64,000 bases of DNA from Tubulanus polymorphus (GCF_964204645.1 NC_134028.1:23742345-23806344), one strand, 5' to 3'. Positions 47,426 to 60,855 are shown, numbered from the stretch's first letter. Numbers and translations: made by a program. Notes: generated from the sequence alone by a model not told the origin.

Positions 47426-50316
47426 TATAGCACCGTAGATATTTAACTAAATTTAGTCTAAATTAACAGAGCATTTTTAGGTCTAGTTATGAATTCTATT
47501 TCTTATTTTACAAATATTGTCTTATTTTCATCGATGTTACTAAGGGGGCAGGATGGCAATCAGTTTTGGAGTGTCGGACTGTTTGTTTGTTTTAGAAATG
47601 TACTTGAAGTGTCAGTCAGTTTGTATTGTTTTGATAACTGCCTTCTGGTCTCTGCCACCCTTGGTGTCTTATGTAATAGTATCCTGGTGGAAAATTTGTT
47701 GAAAGAAATCAGAGATTCGAGTTGTAGCTTTTGAGCGGGTTGGATGTCCAGCCTAGTCTCTCCGATATATCCAAGAAAATAAAGTGAAATTTAAGTTAAG
47801 TTTGAGTTTGAAGTTTTAAGAACGCTTTCTCGTCGTTGCTTCCTGATCGTCGACTTAAGGATTTTTTACGTAGTTACCCTGGGCTTGCGAGGCGGAAATC
47901 TAAGGGTGCTATAATTGGTGGAGGACCCGGGCACGATAAACGAAAAACCTAGGTATCCGTCCTCGAGCTAAAGTGAGTGCTGAACTATCTGTCGCTAAGT
48001 TCCCGAGCTTCAAGATGACAATACGTTGGAATTCACATCCGGAATGGAGGCAAAAAGGACATCGAACTGACGCGCACTGTTACGGTAAATCAATCAAAAT
48101 TGTGTGTAATCTTTGTTCTGGAATCGGACATTACGCTAGATTTTGTCCAGTTCAATTCTCAAAATTTCCCAGAAGAGAAACAAGATTTATTCGTCGGAAA
48201 TCCGAAAAACAACGAAATCGGGACAAAATACGTATGGACAATTACAATCGTTGGAAAGAATCGCGTTTTGAAGTCAGCCAGTTAGAACAGAAAATTCATA
48301 GCTTGGAAAATCAGCTTCGTGTCACGAATGAAAAACTGAAATCTGTTGAATATCGAAATTCGGAACTATCGTGTCAGATATCATCAACAAATCGTGATCA
48401 ACCGTCAGACTTTTGGCATGATGCGCTTGAGGATCCATGGCTCCGAGACGTAAGCGTTCAAACTCAACTCGAAGTTTCGGATAAAGATATTTGCGTTCAA
48501 TGCGATTTATTGCCATTTGAAAAGACTTTCTGTGATGCCAGTTCTCAGTGCACCATTGAAAATACCGTTTTAAACGTTGCGCCGTGGTTAGAAACTTCAA
48601 ATTCGCAAACAGCCAAAAAGGAAAATTTTACTCGAAATATGATCACAGAAAATAACCGGCTAAAATTCGAAAACCAAGAGCTCGAAAAGAAATACACTGG
48701 AATGTGCGTTCGTATTCCTGCGCTCGAACAACAAGTTTATCGCTCGATGCAGATCATGAGCACTTTAAATCTCTGTCCCAACAGTACAGATTCTGGGACA
48801 GCGCGCCTACCGTCTGAAAGCGTCAGAAAATCGAAGAAAAGACGCTCAAAACGGCTATAGAAAATAAATGTATTTAGTGGAGTTCTTGTGTTTTGCTCAC
48901 GTCCGCTAGCACAATGAAGAAATTATTTAGTACATAGTTGAATTTATTTGCCAATATCATATGTATGAAAACTAACTATTAATTGCTTAGTACACGTCTA
49001 CGAGCATGATTAATGTTAATTGAGATCGATTGGAAAAAGAATGACAATGTAAGATTAGACTAGCTGTATGTCACAGCAGCTAAAAAGAGAATTATATGAA
49101 TATTAAAATATGTGGGATTGATAGGAAGTTAAATTTGATGATATGAATATATACACAAGAGTTGCGGTAAAAATAAAAGTATATACGTAATGATCGAAAT
49201 AAAAGGATTATTCAGTATACGTCTGCTGATTCCCTTTCTGCATCACATAAGAAGAAAAGAATGATTTATTTTAAAACCTAGGATAGACTATGTGTCATTT
49301 ATGTAATTTCATTGTTTTTGTATTGTCACGTAATTGATCTGAACGTTTTGTGTCTTCTTTAAGTATTTGTATTCGCAGATATTCCATTTTAGCATAATGT
49401 AACCATTTTAGCATATATATATCATTCATCAATGGTGGTGGGTTTAGTACATTTCATCTACAAAAAAAAACCTTTTTAATAACTTACAGTCATTCCGTGC
49501 TATAGGGACGACTGGTAACCCTACCCTTTTAAAATGATTGTATTGTTAATTTTTAAGGAATAATCTAGAAAGCAAAATCATATATATCATATTATGAAAT
49601 ACATCTTTACTGCTTCTACCATAGTTAATTTCCTCAAACAACGTAAATGTGTTTGTTCATTGTATTCTAATTGTAACTCAAATAAGTTAAATTGCACAAA
49701 CACAGAGCATTTTATACATATTCTATTAATCATCAGTTTATAATGATATACCAATAAGAATGTATTTTTACATAATGTACTCAACTTTTGCATTACATGC
49801 AAAAGTTGAAGGAGAAGCAATGGGAGAATATAGCACCGTAGATATTTAACTAAATTTAGTCTAAATTAACAGAGCATTTTTAGGTCTAGTTATGAATTCT
49901 ATTTCTTATTTTACAAATATTGTCTTATTTTCATCGATGTTACTAAGGGGGCAGGATGACAATCAGTTTTGGAGTGTCGGACTGTTTGTTTGTTTTAGAA
50001 ATGTACTTGAAGTGTCAGTCAGTTTGTATTGTTTTGATAACTGCCTTCTGGTCTCTGCCACCCTTGGTGTCTTATGTAATAGTATCCTGGTGGAAAATTT
50101 GTTGAAAGAAATCAGAGATTCGAGTTGTAGCTTTTGAGCGGGTTGGATGTCCAGCCTAGTCTCTCCGATATATCCAAGAAAATAAAGTGAAATTTAAGTT
50201 AAGTTTGAGTTTGAAGTTTTAAGAACGCTTTCTCGTCGTTGCTTCCTGATCGTCGACTTAAGGATTTTTTACGTAGTTACCCTGGGCTTGCGAGGCGGAA
50301 ATCTCAGGGTGCTACA
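47426..50316 (+). mobile_element. Non-autonomous LTR retroelement, 2891 bp; LTRs 47426-47913 and 49829-50316
   Basis: 488-bp direct repeats with termini TATAGCACC...GGTGCTA(T/C)A; 4-bp TSD TATG; PBS TGGTGGAGGACCCGGGCA at 47916; purine tract before the 3' LTR; empty site in paralogues. Confidence 0.9.
48015..48860 (+). CDS. Zinc-knuckle (CCHC) + coiled-coil protein of the LTR element (Gag-like)
   Basis: CNLCSGIGHYARFC fits CX2CX4HX4C; heptad-like segments VSQLEQKIHSLENQLRVTNEKL and ITENNRLKFENQELEKK; basic C-terminus. ORF is open from GTG at 47973. Confidence 0.7.
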   Translation: MTIRWNSHPEWRQKGHRTDAHCYGKSIKIVCNLCSGIGHYARFCPVQFSKFPRRETRFIRRKSEKQRNRDKIRMDNYNRWKESRFEVSQLEQKIHSLENQLRVTNEKLKSVEYRNSELSCQISSTNRDQPSDFWHDALEDPWLRDVSVQTQLEVSDKDICVQCDLLPFEKTFCDASSQCTIENTVLNVAPWLETSNSQTAKKENFTRNMITENNRLKFENQELEKKYTGMCVRIPALEQQVYRSMQIMSTLNLCPNSTDSGTARLPSESVRKSKKRRSKRL

Positions 50317-50738
50317 TATGTATAGCTTATGAAAAAATGAGCATCCTATGATCATTTCACGCCGGTAGCCATATTTTTCATACTTTTCTCGCCGACTAAA
50401 GAGAATTTTGAAAAAAATTGTATGTTCACTATTGTCATCGTATGTACAATTTTGCATCTATATTAAATTCAAGCTTTACGAAACGTCGCTTTAAACAAAC
50501 CGGCAAACCAGAGTACCACCCGTACAGAAGATAGCTTCGCGTCTGCGGGAAATGCTATTGACGGTAATACTGATACGAGATATTACTCCGGAATTGTAGT
50601 CACACCGCAGCATCAGTTCCCGGGGCTCTCTGGTGGATGGTTGATTTACAGGCTGTTTACGAAGTCAAGGCTTGTTGGATAGAGAGAAAGCTCGTAAGTT
50701 ATTTGAAATGAAATATGGAAAAAATTTCTGAAAATCAT

Positions 50739-50962
50739 AGGCGTTTTTACGAGCATCTGATTTTTGCGATTTGGCGATTTGATTTCCAAGATGGCGGCAC
50801 CGGGTAGTTCATAACGATACAATTTTTTCTCAACGTCGCCATATTTATGTCATGTGATTAGCCAAATCCATCGACATTTTTACGAACGTTCGATTCGATC
50901 GCACGATCGGAGCAAATCGTTCACGAAATCGATCGCAAAAATCGGATGCTCGTAAAAACACG
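50739..50962. mobile_element. TIR-bearing MITE-like insertion
   Basis: Inverted ends GTTTTTACGAGCATCTGATTTTTGCGAT / ATCGCAAAAATCGGATGCTCGTAAAAAC; absent from paralogous introns; no clear TSD. Confidence 0.7.
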
Positions 50963-52354
50963 ACATTTAACAGATCACGAGAAAGTTTATACAGCGGTAG
51001 GAAGTGTTGAATAATTGCTTAGAACTTTGTTTACTATGAAAGTGAGGAAAGAAAATAATTGATTTCACTAATAGGGCGAAAACGTTAATTGGGTCCACCG
51101 AAACACATTTATAATTGTTTGTATCATGTCGGATATTCGCATTGTTTTGATTCCGGTTCATTAAACTGGCCATAACTAAACTCCATTTGTTAATCGAATA
51201 TTTCCATAAGATTTTTTAGCCGAGCGACTTGGAAACTCTACGATTATTGTCTAGGGAGCGTTACGAGTAATTTAGAACACGTTGACCCGTCCTCCGTCTG
51301 CGCGTTTCAAAGTAAATCTATGAAAGCGAGTGAAATGAAAGAATTTGACTGTACAATAACTGGACGCTATGTAACTGTCACAAAACCCGAAGGTTCAGCT
51401 GTGACTCTGTGTGAGGTCTACGTCTGGGCCAGTGACGGTAAAGTATCATTGAATGCAATAGACAAACTGATAGAAAATATATAATTTTGATGGGTTTCGT
51501 TATAAAAGTGAATCTCTTTTTTCAGGGCCTTTGTCGCTGTATTCCACTGAAGGTTCATTCAATCTGATATGTTGCAAAAATCTTGTGCAACATTTTCAAT
51601 GTTTTTTTGAAGTGTTTGTCTCTCGCCAAGTTGCAGGAATGAATCATTCATCATTGGTTTTGCTATTTCAGATACGTATGAGATATACACACACGTTGAC
51701 GTTATTGAACCTGAACCTTGCTATGTAATGGCGAACCCACGTGACGACTGTGTTTTCAAGTGTAACGTGGATAAACGTTGCGAGTCTGCGCTCGTGAAAG
51801 ACAACTGGTGTAGACTTTATTCCAGTTCCGTTAAAATAAAAAATATCGCTTCATCAAACGGAATATTATACACGACACTAACACCGATTATATTGTAAAT
51901 CATTTTGGGAGATCGTGTGTAAAACGACTGTTGATCTTAAGATAAAATATATATGTAGGGATACCTTGTAAAGATTATGAAGCACGTGTCTGAGTGATAC
52001 ATTCTGTTTTATTCGCGTGTGTATAATGAAACAAGTTCGTTTTTTTTTATTACGGCACTTATTAAATAACCAGGACTTAATTTCATTAGTTCTTTGGTTG
52101 CAATTTGATTTTAGGGTTACAACTTGGAAATGAACTTATTAAACTATGCGTCCAAGCTTTAACTAACAAACCGTGGAACTGGATAATTGACTTGCCACCT
52201 GAAATGACGACACGTTTGTGTTTGAAGATATTAATAATTTAACACTTTTTGATAGCAATATCGGCTACCATAACGCGAGAAATATCAGTCCAGCAGCAAT
52301 ATCTGCCTATCGTCACTGAACTCAGCAGTAGTTGATGTGAATAGAGGCGACACA

Positions 52355-54339
52355 ATGAGCCGAAAGATGATAAGTTATATTTTACCATTCACATTAATCG
52401 TTGTATACATTCAAGGTTTAAGTAAGTACCGAAGCGAAGCTCTGTGTTGTGATGTGATTTTTCTTTCGAAAAAAAATCTGTTTTCTTTAGAAAAAGATGG
52501 CGATGAAATTTGTATTGAATAAAATGTACTTGAGACATATTTTGCAACTTGAAGAAAACTAGATGCTTGATCGCCATTTGATAAGATATTTGTTACGGAA
52601 AGTGTACACCCTAACCGCCCGGTATTCGTACATCTCTTTGACCTCAGTTGTTTATATTTGAATACCGATAACGCCTGCCTCTTGTCAGTTTCGCTTGCCC
52701 GGTAAGTGCGAGATTTCTGATGCCGATGATTGTCGTGTATTATGTATAATTTATGTAACTAATTATGAATTTATATTCGTACTTTGATAATCCAAATAAA
52801 TCAAATCAAATTGCCCGGTAAGTGCGAGATTTCTGATGCCGATGATTGTCGTGTATTATGTATAATTTATGTAACTAATTATGAATTTATATTTGTACTT
52901 TGATAATCCAAATAAATCAAATCAAATCAAATTGTTTTCCACCCAACGCAAATTTCTTAATTTTCTATATCTCTTGACTGCAAATTGGTTTATGATATTG
53001 CGCGGCTTTCGGCTGTGATATAACATATTATTGCATTTGCAGCACGCTTGGTCTCCATCAGTGTTTCAATTTTCTGCTGCAACTTTGTATGATTCTGTTT
53101 TGTTCATTTCAAGCCTTACGTAATGTCGCTTTGAATAGACCGGCATATCAAAGTACCACCTATGCAGATGCGGGAAGGGCTGTTGATGGTAATAACAATA
53201 CTCGGTTCGGCGATGGTAGTTGTAGTTGCACCAAACCATCTCGCAAATTTATCTGGTGGATGGTTGATTTACAGGCTGTTTATGAAGTTAAGGCTGTTAC
53301 GTTGCTGAATAGAGGAGATTGTTGTGGTATGTAATCTGATATAAAATTCTGCAGACATAATTTTAACTGAGTAAATAATGCTCAGAATAATGACAGTGCG
53401 ATAAAGTAAGTGCTAAAAAAGGCTTCAGATTTGCACAGAGATTCACTTTCAATTAGGGAAATGGTCGCAGTCATGTTTTTTTGTCGTTTGTGTTTCGTAT
53501 GAGTTAAATCAAAACGGTCGATGTGGATGTTTTATTCAGTTTGATTTAAATCTATCGTCAAAATGAATCAACTATTTGCGTTGCATAGCAAAAATAGTTA
53601 GTGATAATAAATAATCATTGTGGATTCTATTTTTGTCTACAGCCCAGCGACTCGAGAACTTTAAGATTATTGTATCTAGAGAAAACGTCACGAGTAATCT
53701 AGAACACGTTGACCCGTCCTCCGTCTGCGCGTTTCAAAGTGAATCTATGAAAGCGAGTGAAAAGAAACAATTTGACTGTACAATAACCGGACGCTATGTA
53801 ACTGTCACAAAACCCGAAGGTTCAGCATTGACTCTCTGCGAGGTCTACGTCTGGGCCAATGACGGTAAAGTATCATTGAATGCAATAGACAAACTGATAG
53901 AAAATATACAATTTTGATGGGTTTCGTTATAAAAGTGAATCTCTTTTTTTCAGGGCCTTTGTCGATGTATTCCACTGAAGGTACATTCAATCTGATATGT
54001 TGTAAAAATCTTGTTTCTGTTTTAACATGGTGCAACATTTTCAATGTATTTTTGAAGTGTCTCTCGTCAAGTTGCAGGAATAAATCATTCATCTTTGATT
54101 TTGCTATTTCAGATACGTATGAGATATACACACACGTTGACGTTATTGAACCTGAACCTTATTCTGTAATGGCGAACCCACGTGACGACTGTGTTTTCAA
54201 GTGTAACGTCGATAAACGTTGCGAGTCTGCGCTCGTGAAAGACAAATGGTGTAGACTTTATTCCAGTTCCGTTATAATCAAAAACATCGCTACACCAAAC
54301 GGAATATTATACACCACACTTACACCGACCATATTGTAA
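52355..54339 (+). CDS. F-type lectin + PAN, copy 6
   Basis: Signal exon MSRKMISYILPFTLIVVYIQG; exons near 53114, 53643 and 54113; CSCT replaces CSHT; NRGDCCAQRL. Confidence 0.8.
52696..52932. repeat. ~116-bp tandem duplication containing a retroposon-like 3' tail
   Basis: TGCCCGGTAAGTGCGAG...AATAAATCAAATCAAAT occurs twice; the tail portion occurs once in copy 7. Confidence 0.7.
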
Positions 54340-55466
54340 ATCATTTTGGGAGACTGCTGTTTGCCGGTCAATTCAATCCAATTCAATTATCGATATATTC
54401 AGATCCAAAATAACTTTATTGATCCTTGATATTATATAATTTATATGATATTATTTATTGTCGAAAATGTTAAGCAATGTATATGTTATTTTTCAAGGCG
54501 TCAAGAAACTTTCAAGCTTTTTTATACCGTGCTCCACTGCATATTAACATCGCTTCATCAAACGGAATATTATACACGACACTAACACCGATCATCTTGT
54601 AAATCATTTTGGGAGATCGCGTGTAAAACGACTGTTGATCTTAAGATAAAAGATATATGTAGGGATTCCTTGTAAAGATAATGAAGCCCGTGTCTGAGTG
54701 ATACATCTGAGTGATACATTGTGTTTTATCCGCGGGTGTATAATGAAACAAGTCCGTTGTTTTTATTACCGCACTTATTAAATAACCAGGACTTAATTTC
54801 ATTAGTTCTTTGGTTGCAATTTGATTTTAGGGTTACAACTTGGAAATGAACTTATTAAACTATGCGTCCAAGCTTTAACTAACAACGGTGGAACTGGATC
54901 ATTTTGTTATTGTATTCTAACACGAATTTCTGTACCTTGTAAAAAAAAATCATCATTACGTAAATCATAACATAGTGTTTTAATATCAAAGTTACCCACG
55001 TACGTGAGCAGTTACCTAGCTCGTTCGGAGGAAAGTCTGAAGATGTAAATGATTATGGATAGCGGGGTAGGATTGTTCATTCTTATTCAGTGAAAATGTT
55101 TAGATTGCTCATTATTTTTGGACGCGCTGTATCAGCCATGTTCAACTCTGTACAACACCCACGTACGTAAAGGTTGCGTATTTTCGAAATGTTCAAATTT
55201 TCGGCTTTGAAAATGACCTTGAAATATGAAATAAATGATTACACAATTAGTGTTTAAAAGTGCAAAAAGTGCATTTGTACCGCAGCAATCTATTCTTCCT
55301 TGCCACTATAGAAATGACGTCTCACTTGTGTTTGAAAATATTAATAATTTAACACTTTTTGATAGCAATATCGGCTACCATAACGCGAGAAATATCAGTC
55401 CAGCAGCAATATCTGTCTGGATCGTCACTGAACTCAGCAGTAGTTGATGTGAATAGAGGCGACACA

Positions 55467-58049
55467 ATGAGCCGAAAGATGATAAGTTATATTTTACCAT
55501 TCACATTAATCGTCGTATACATTCAAGGTTTAAGTAAGTACCGCGGCGAAGCTCTGTGTTGTGATGTGATTTTTCTTTCGAAAAAAATCTGTTTTCTTTA
55601 GAAAAAGATGGCGATGAAATTTGTATTGAATAAAATGTACTTGAGACATATTTTGCAACTTGAAGAAAACTGGATGCTTGATCGCCATTTGATAAGATAT
55701 TTGTTACGGAAAGTGTACACCCTATAACGTTCGGTATTCGTACATCTCTTTGACCTCAGTTGTTTATATTTGAATTCCGATAACGCCTGCCTCTTGCAGG
55801 GCCGTCGGAACAGGGGCGGCCAAAGCCATCCACTTTTTTGCTTAACACAAATTTTTTCAAAAGCACGCTGTACCGCGTAGCAGCTCGTCGTTCTCTGTAC
55901 TAAGTGGTTGGCTCCCGACTTCTCATCCTTCTGTGAATGAGACAGTGAAATGGCCCCAAAACGCATCTCCGGCGATTGAATTTTCAAAATTTTTCTAGTG
56001 GAGGGCCTCCAGACCACCCTTTAGAAATAAGCCTCGCCACTGAAAAATTCCTTCCGACGGCTCTGCGTCAGTTTCGCCTTCCCAAATCGTGTGAGATTTC
56101 TGATGCCGATTTGCTGAATATTTTGATGTTCACATTTGTGACATCTTCCACAGACTTTATGAAAGATCTATAGTAATTTAGTGTACTTAGAAATTCCTGA
56201 TCCTCTGCCCTGAAAATGGATTTAAATATTTGATCTGTTTTTGGAAACTCGGAAATAGAAATATTGTTTAATCAATTCGCTGTATCCTTTTAATATCCAA
56301 TCAGCATTGTTCTATCATTCACAATTTTCTTGTTTTCATATGTATTTGTGATTGAACGTCTGCTCCAGGACCTCGGCTTCACGATCATAGAATACAATAC
56401 ATATAATGATTTACGAGGTCCTGATGATTGTCGTGTATTATGTATAATTTATGTAACTAATTATGAATTTTTATTTGTACTTTGATAATCCAAATAAATC
56501 AAATCAAATCAAATTGTTTTCCACCCAACGTGAATTTCTTAATTTTCTATATCTCTTGACTGCAAATCGGTTTATTGATATTGCGCGGCTTTCGGCTGTG
56601 ATATAACATATTATCGCATCTGCAGCACGCTTGGTATTCTTTAGTGTTTCAATTTTCTGATGCAACTTTGTATGATTATGTTTTGTTCATTTCAAGCCTT
56701 ACGTAATGTCGCTTTGAATAGACCGGCATATCAAAGTACCACCTTTGCCGATGCGGGAGGGGCTGTTGATGGTAATACCAATACTCGGTTCGGCGCTGGT
56801 AGTTGTAGTAGCACCGAAGGGTCTCCCAGATTTATCTGGTGGATGGTTGATTTACAGGCTGTTTATGAAGTTAAGGCTGTCACGTTGCTGAATAGAGGAG
56901 ATTGTTGTGGTATGTAATCTGATATGAAATTCTGCACACATAATTTTTACTGATTAAATAATGCTCAGAAAAAATGACAGTGCGATAAAGTGAGTAAGTA
57001 CTAGAAATAGCTTCAGATTTGCACACAGATTCCCAAAAACTTAACTGCACTTTCAATTAGGGAATTGGTGAACCGGTAACAACGACTGGTATTCAGACTA
57101 GGAAATGGTCGCAGTCATGTTTTTGACGTCTGTGTTTATTATGAGTTAATTCAAAAAGGTCGATGTGGATGTTTTATTCGGTTTGATTTAAATCTATCGT
57201 CAAAATGAATCAACTATTTGCGTTGCATAGACAAAATAGTTAGCGATAATAAATAATCATTGTAGATTCAATTTTTGTCTACAGCCGAGCGACTCGGGAA
57301 CTTTAAGATTATTGTATCTAGAGAAAACGTTACGAGTAATTTAGAACACGTTGACCCGTCCTCCGTCTGCGCGTTTCAAAGTGAATCTATGAAAGCGAGT
57401 GAAATGGAAGAATTTGACTGTACAATAACTGGACGCTATGTAACTGTCACAAAACCCGAAGGTTCAGCTGTGGCTCTCTGTGAGGTCTACGTCTGGGCCA
57501 GCGATGGTAAAACATCCTATTATGCTATATGTATTGCGTAATGAGATAAAAAATGCATCTTCATCAAGAAATGCGATTCGGGTATTCTCTAATTCGTTTT
57601 TCGTTTCAAAAGTGAATTTCTTTTTGTTTTCAGAACCGTCGTCGCTGTATTCCGCTGAAGGTATATCAAATCGTTATTTTGTTTAGAAAAAATCTTGTTT
57701 CTTTTTGAATATGATTCGTGGATGAGCCTTGTTTAACCTTGTGTAGAATAAATACGAGGCGAATAAAATAGAACTTCAGGTTAACCGAGTCAAAAATCCA
57801 TTTATCGTTTTTACTTTTTCAGATACGTATGAGATATACACACACGTTGACGTTATTGAACCTGAACCTTACTCTGTAATGGCGAACCCACGTGACGACT
57901 GTGTTTTCAAGTGTAACGTCGATAAACGTTGCGAGTCTGCGCTCGTGAAAGACAAATGGTGTAGACTTTATTCCAGTTCCGTTAAAATCAAAAACATCGC
58001 TTTATCAAACGGAATATTATACACGACACTAACACCGACCATATTGTAA
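55467..58049 (+). CDS. F-type lectin + PAN, copy 7
   Basis: Signal exon at 55467; exons near 56697, 57285 and 57823; CSST replaces CSHT; stop at 58047-58049. Confidence 0.8.
55797..56065. mobile_element. MITE with CAGGGCCGTCGGAA termini
   Basis: TIRs CAGGGCCGTCGGAA / TTCCGACGGCTCTG; absent at the equivalent site in copy 6 (~52685). Confidence 0.7.
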
Positions 58050-58573
58050 ATGATTTTGGGAGATCGTGTGTGTAAAACGACTGTTGATCTGCAAACAACG
58101 ATAAGTAGGGATTCCTGACAAAGATTATGAAGCGCGTGTCAGAGTAATCTCGGTTCAAGTAACGTATTTCGGTGAAAATGAGATCGAAATTGAATAATTA
58201 TTCAGATGAATTAATGCAACAGCAAACTTTATTTCATGTCTAATTGTTAAGTTCTGTCCGAGTACATGGAAACAACGATCAAAAATAAATAAACTTTAAT
58301 ACGATGTACAGATATCATATATCACTGCCACATTACAGCAATAAATACTGAAGTCAAACTATCAGCTTTTGTCCAAACGAAAATACTGAAGGTTCAAATA
58401 GTCTTAGACGTATCGGTTCTGATTTTACAAAGGACAAGTACAGATTTGTGGAACACGATATTGAGTACATTGTACTTAAAATTATTACCATAAAAAGTTC
58501 TACTAATGTCGATGAAAATAACAATATAATCTAAGAAGATTACAAGTTAAGAAGGAAGAAGCATATGAAGGCA

Positions 58574-60855
58574 TCATAAACAGCTGATGGCGGACTGAAA
58601 CTGAGGGAGGGCGTTGCATTGCTTCATCCATTTTTTCACGTTAGACGGCGCAGATTCAGCTTGATTCGATTGGTGGATCGCCGACCATGTGACTATATCA
58701 GCCAATGAAAACTCCTCGCCGACGAGATAACGAGATTTACCGAGTTTCACGTTCAATGTTCGAATCGCCGACGCCTTCTCCTTACCGGAACCGGTCACGA
58801 TTTGACCGGCCAACTCGAGGCACGTATCGATCTCGGTCGCTGTGACGATGTCCGATGAATCGTCGTCGTAGATCGATAGCAGGCGTCCGATGTATCGCGC
58901 GATGTTAACTTCGCCGCAAATCAATGATTGCGAATGAGCGTTTACCATCATCGACGGGCCGTGCTTCACTACAATTAACACACAGAAACACAACATTAAA
59001 CAGAGCTTCGTTTCAGACTAAGATAATAAACCAGTTGATAAGAAATGCTGAATAAAATTCATATTCAGTCAGACTTGCTTAACCCATTCGTTGCAAACAT
59101 GGTTGAATTGTGGTGGCTGGGATCAGGTCAAAAAAATTAAAACAATCTTAATAAAAGATAACCATATATCAGATATTCTTCGATCGTGTTTACTTATAAT
59201 AGCTAGAATTATTATTTCTAGATTCCGACCACCACCAGAATACGACAGCAAAGCACATGCAATGAGCCCATCACCTGCCGGCCAACCCCAACCGGCCAAC
59301 CCCAAACTAATAGCGAAAGTTCAAAATTGACCAATGAGCATTGAAAATGAAGCTGAGTTTTTTCAAACTGCCAGCCAATCATTCCCATGTGTGAGAAGAG
59401 TGCAAATATCTAACTATAAAGGATCAGCTACAAGATAAGTCGTAGCAGAACCAGAACTGAGATATTCAATACTAGCGGCAAACAAGTTCATTCCCAGTAG
59501 TTGGGGGCAATCATCAATAATACATCATCTCTCAAGAGAGATGACTGGTAATGTGACATGTTCACACGTACTTTCTTTCCAAATCAGCGTTAACGCCACC
59601 TCATGATCCAATCTAGAACTACCGTTTGCTACGAACAAATCGTTGAATTTCGCCAATGAAGCCGAATCGTTGATCGATGAATGCAGATGACTGGCAGTTA
59701 ATACTCGACACCTAGTCTTCATCAGTTCGTAAAGTATGCACAGCGACAGCGGTCGCGATGAAGGGCTACAGTTGATGACAATATCTTCAATAACGCCTTT
59801 GTTTGTCTGTAAAATGAGCAGAATCTATTAACACAGTTACCTCAACTCGAACGGATCACGGCGAAAAATAATTTTTGTCCAAATTTGAACGAAATTCGTA
59901 CAAAACTGAAAAAGCTATTCTCTAGTTTTAGTAATGCAAGGGCCATTACTTTACGGAGAATACCAGTTGTGCCAAAAATGTTTTAAGTGATAATATATCG
60001 AGATATTATCCCACAATAGCGACGAAAAACAAAGTCCGAAAATGGTTACTAGAGCTAGTAGTAGTTTAGTAGTTTATCCAAGGTTTCTAATTGTCGATTT
60101 CAGGAATACTGAATATGACTGATTATATTATTGTCACAACACGGATCTAGTGTTTTATCAATGGTGAGAATGTAAAGTGAGTTAAGTAAAACTTTTGCAT
60201 CGGGATATTTTACCGCCTGATCTCTTCACCATGTCAAAATCTTATTTGTACAACTATTTTTCATAATTCAGAAAACAGCTGACTATAGGCCCTAATACTC
60301 ACCAGTTTCAGCGGTTTCGTATTACTGGCTTTTACCAAGCCACCACTTGTACTGCCTGCTGTTTTTGAAGATAGAGCATCAACGTCCTTCTGTAGCTGTT
60401 TCAACTTCGCTAAAACGTCACATTGGCGTTTCTCCAACTTCTCAATTTCACTTCCAGTATCCTGTAGAATGGAATAAAAACATAAATCATATGTCCCAAT
60501 TTTGTAGAAGTGTTTGTTAAGTAAGGCATGCATTGAAACGTTTATTCGTTCTGTTACCATGATAACAAACGCCCAATTAATTCAAATTAACTTAATGTAA
60601 CAATCGCATTCGCAAATAGCTGAACGAAAAAAGATTAATCACCGGCAGGTGCTGCCACCACACCCAGACCGGCTATTTGATTATCACATTTTTAAGCGTA
60701 TTTCACACCTGTATGTTCATTAAGCAGCTAGATTGTAGAGAAGGTAATTTGTACATGCAATCTGGTAAGTCTAATGCCCCTAAAGGCTTCATAACGGGTG
60801 GTAATCTGTACATAACCGAAACAGGTCCGTTTTGAGTAACGCAGCCAGTCGCCAT
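58574..60855 (-). CDS. AIMP2: Aminoacyl-tRNA synthetase complex-interacting multifunctional protein 2; exons 60855-60709, 60461-60303, 59806-59572, 58968-58574
   Basis: MY.LPP...DLPDCMYKLP, LEKRQCDVLAKLKQL, DIVINCSP, HLHSS, LTLIWK, ICGEVNIARY, GST-C-like SLADIVTWS..NVKKW; phases consistent. Confidence 0.9.

Larger units (their letters stand above)
47194..51898 (+). pseudogene. F-type lectin + PAN, copy 5 (pseudogene)
   Basis: 1-nt deletion near 50590, a larger deletion near 50672, small deletions near 51250; LTR element in intron 1 and a MITE in intron 2. Confidence 0.75.

Noticed and set aside
47489-47734. 81-aa ORF repeated at 49892-50137
   Set aside because: Lies within the LTRs and has no recognisable motif.
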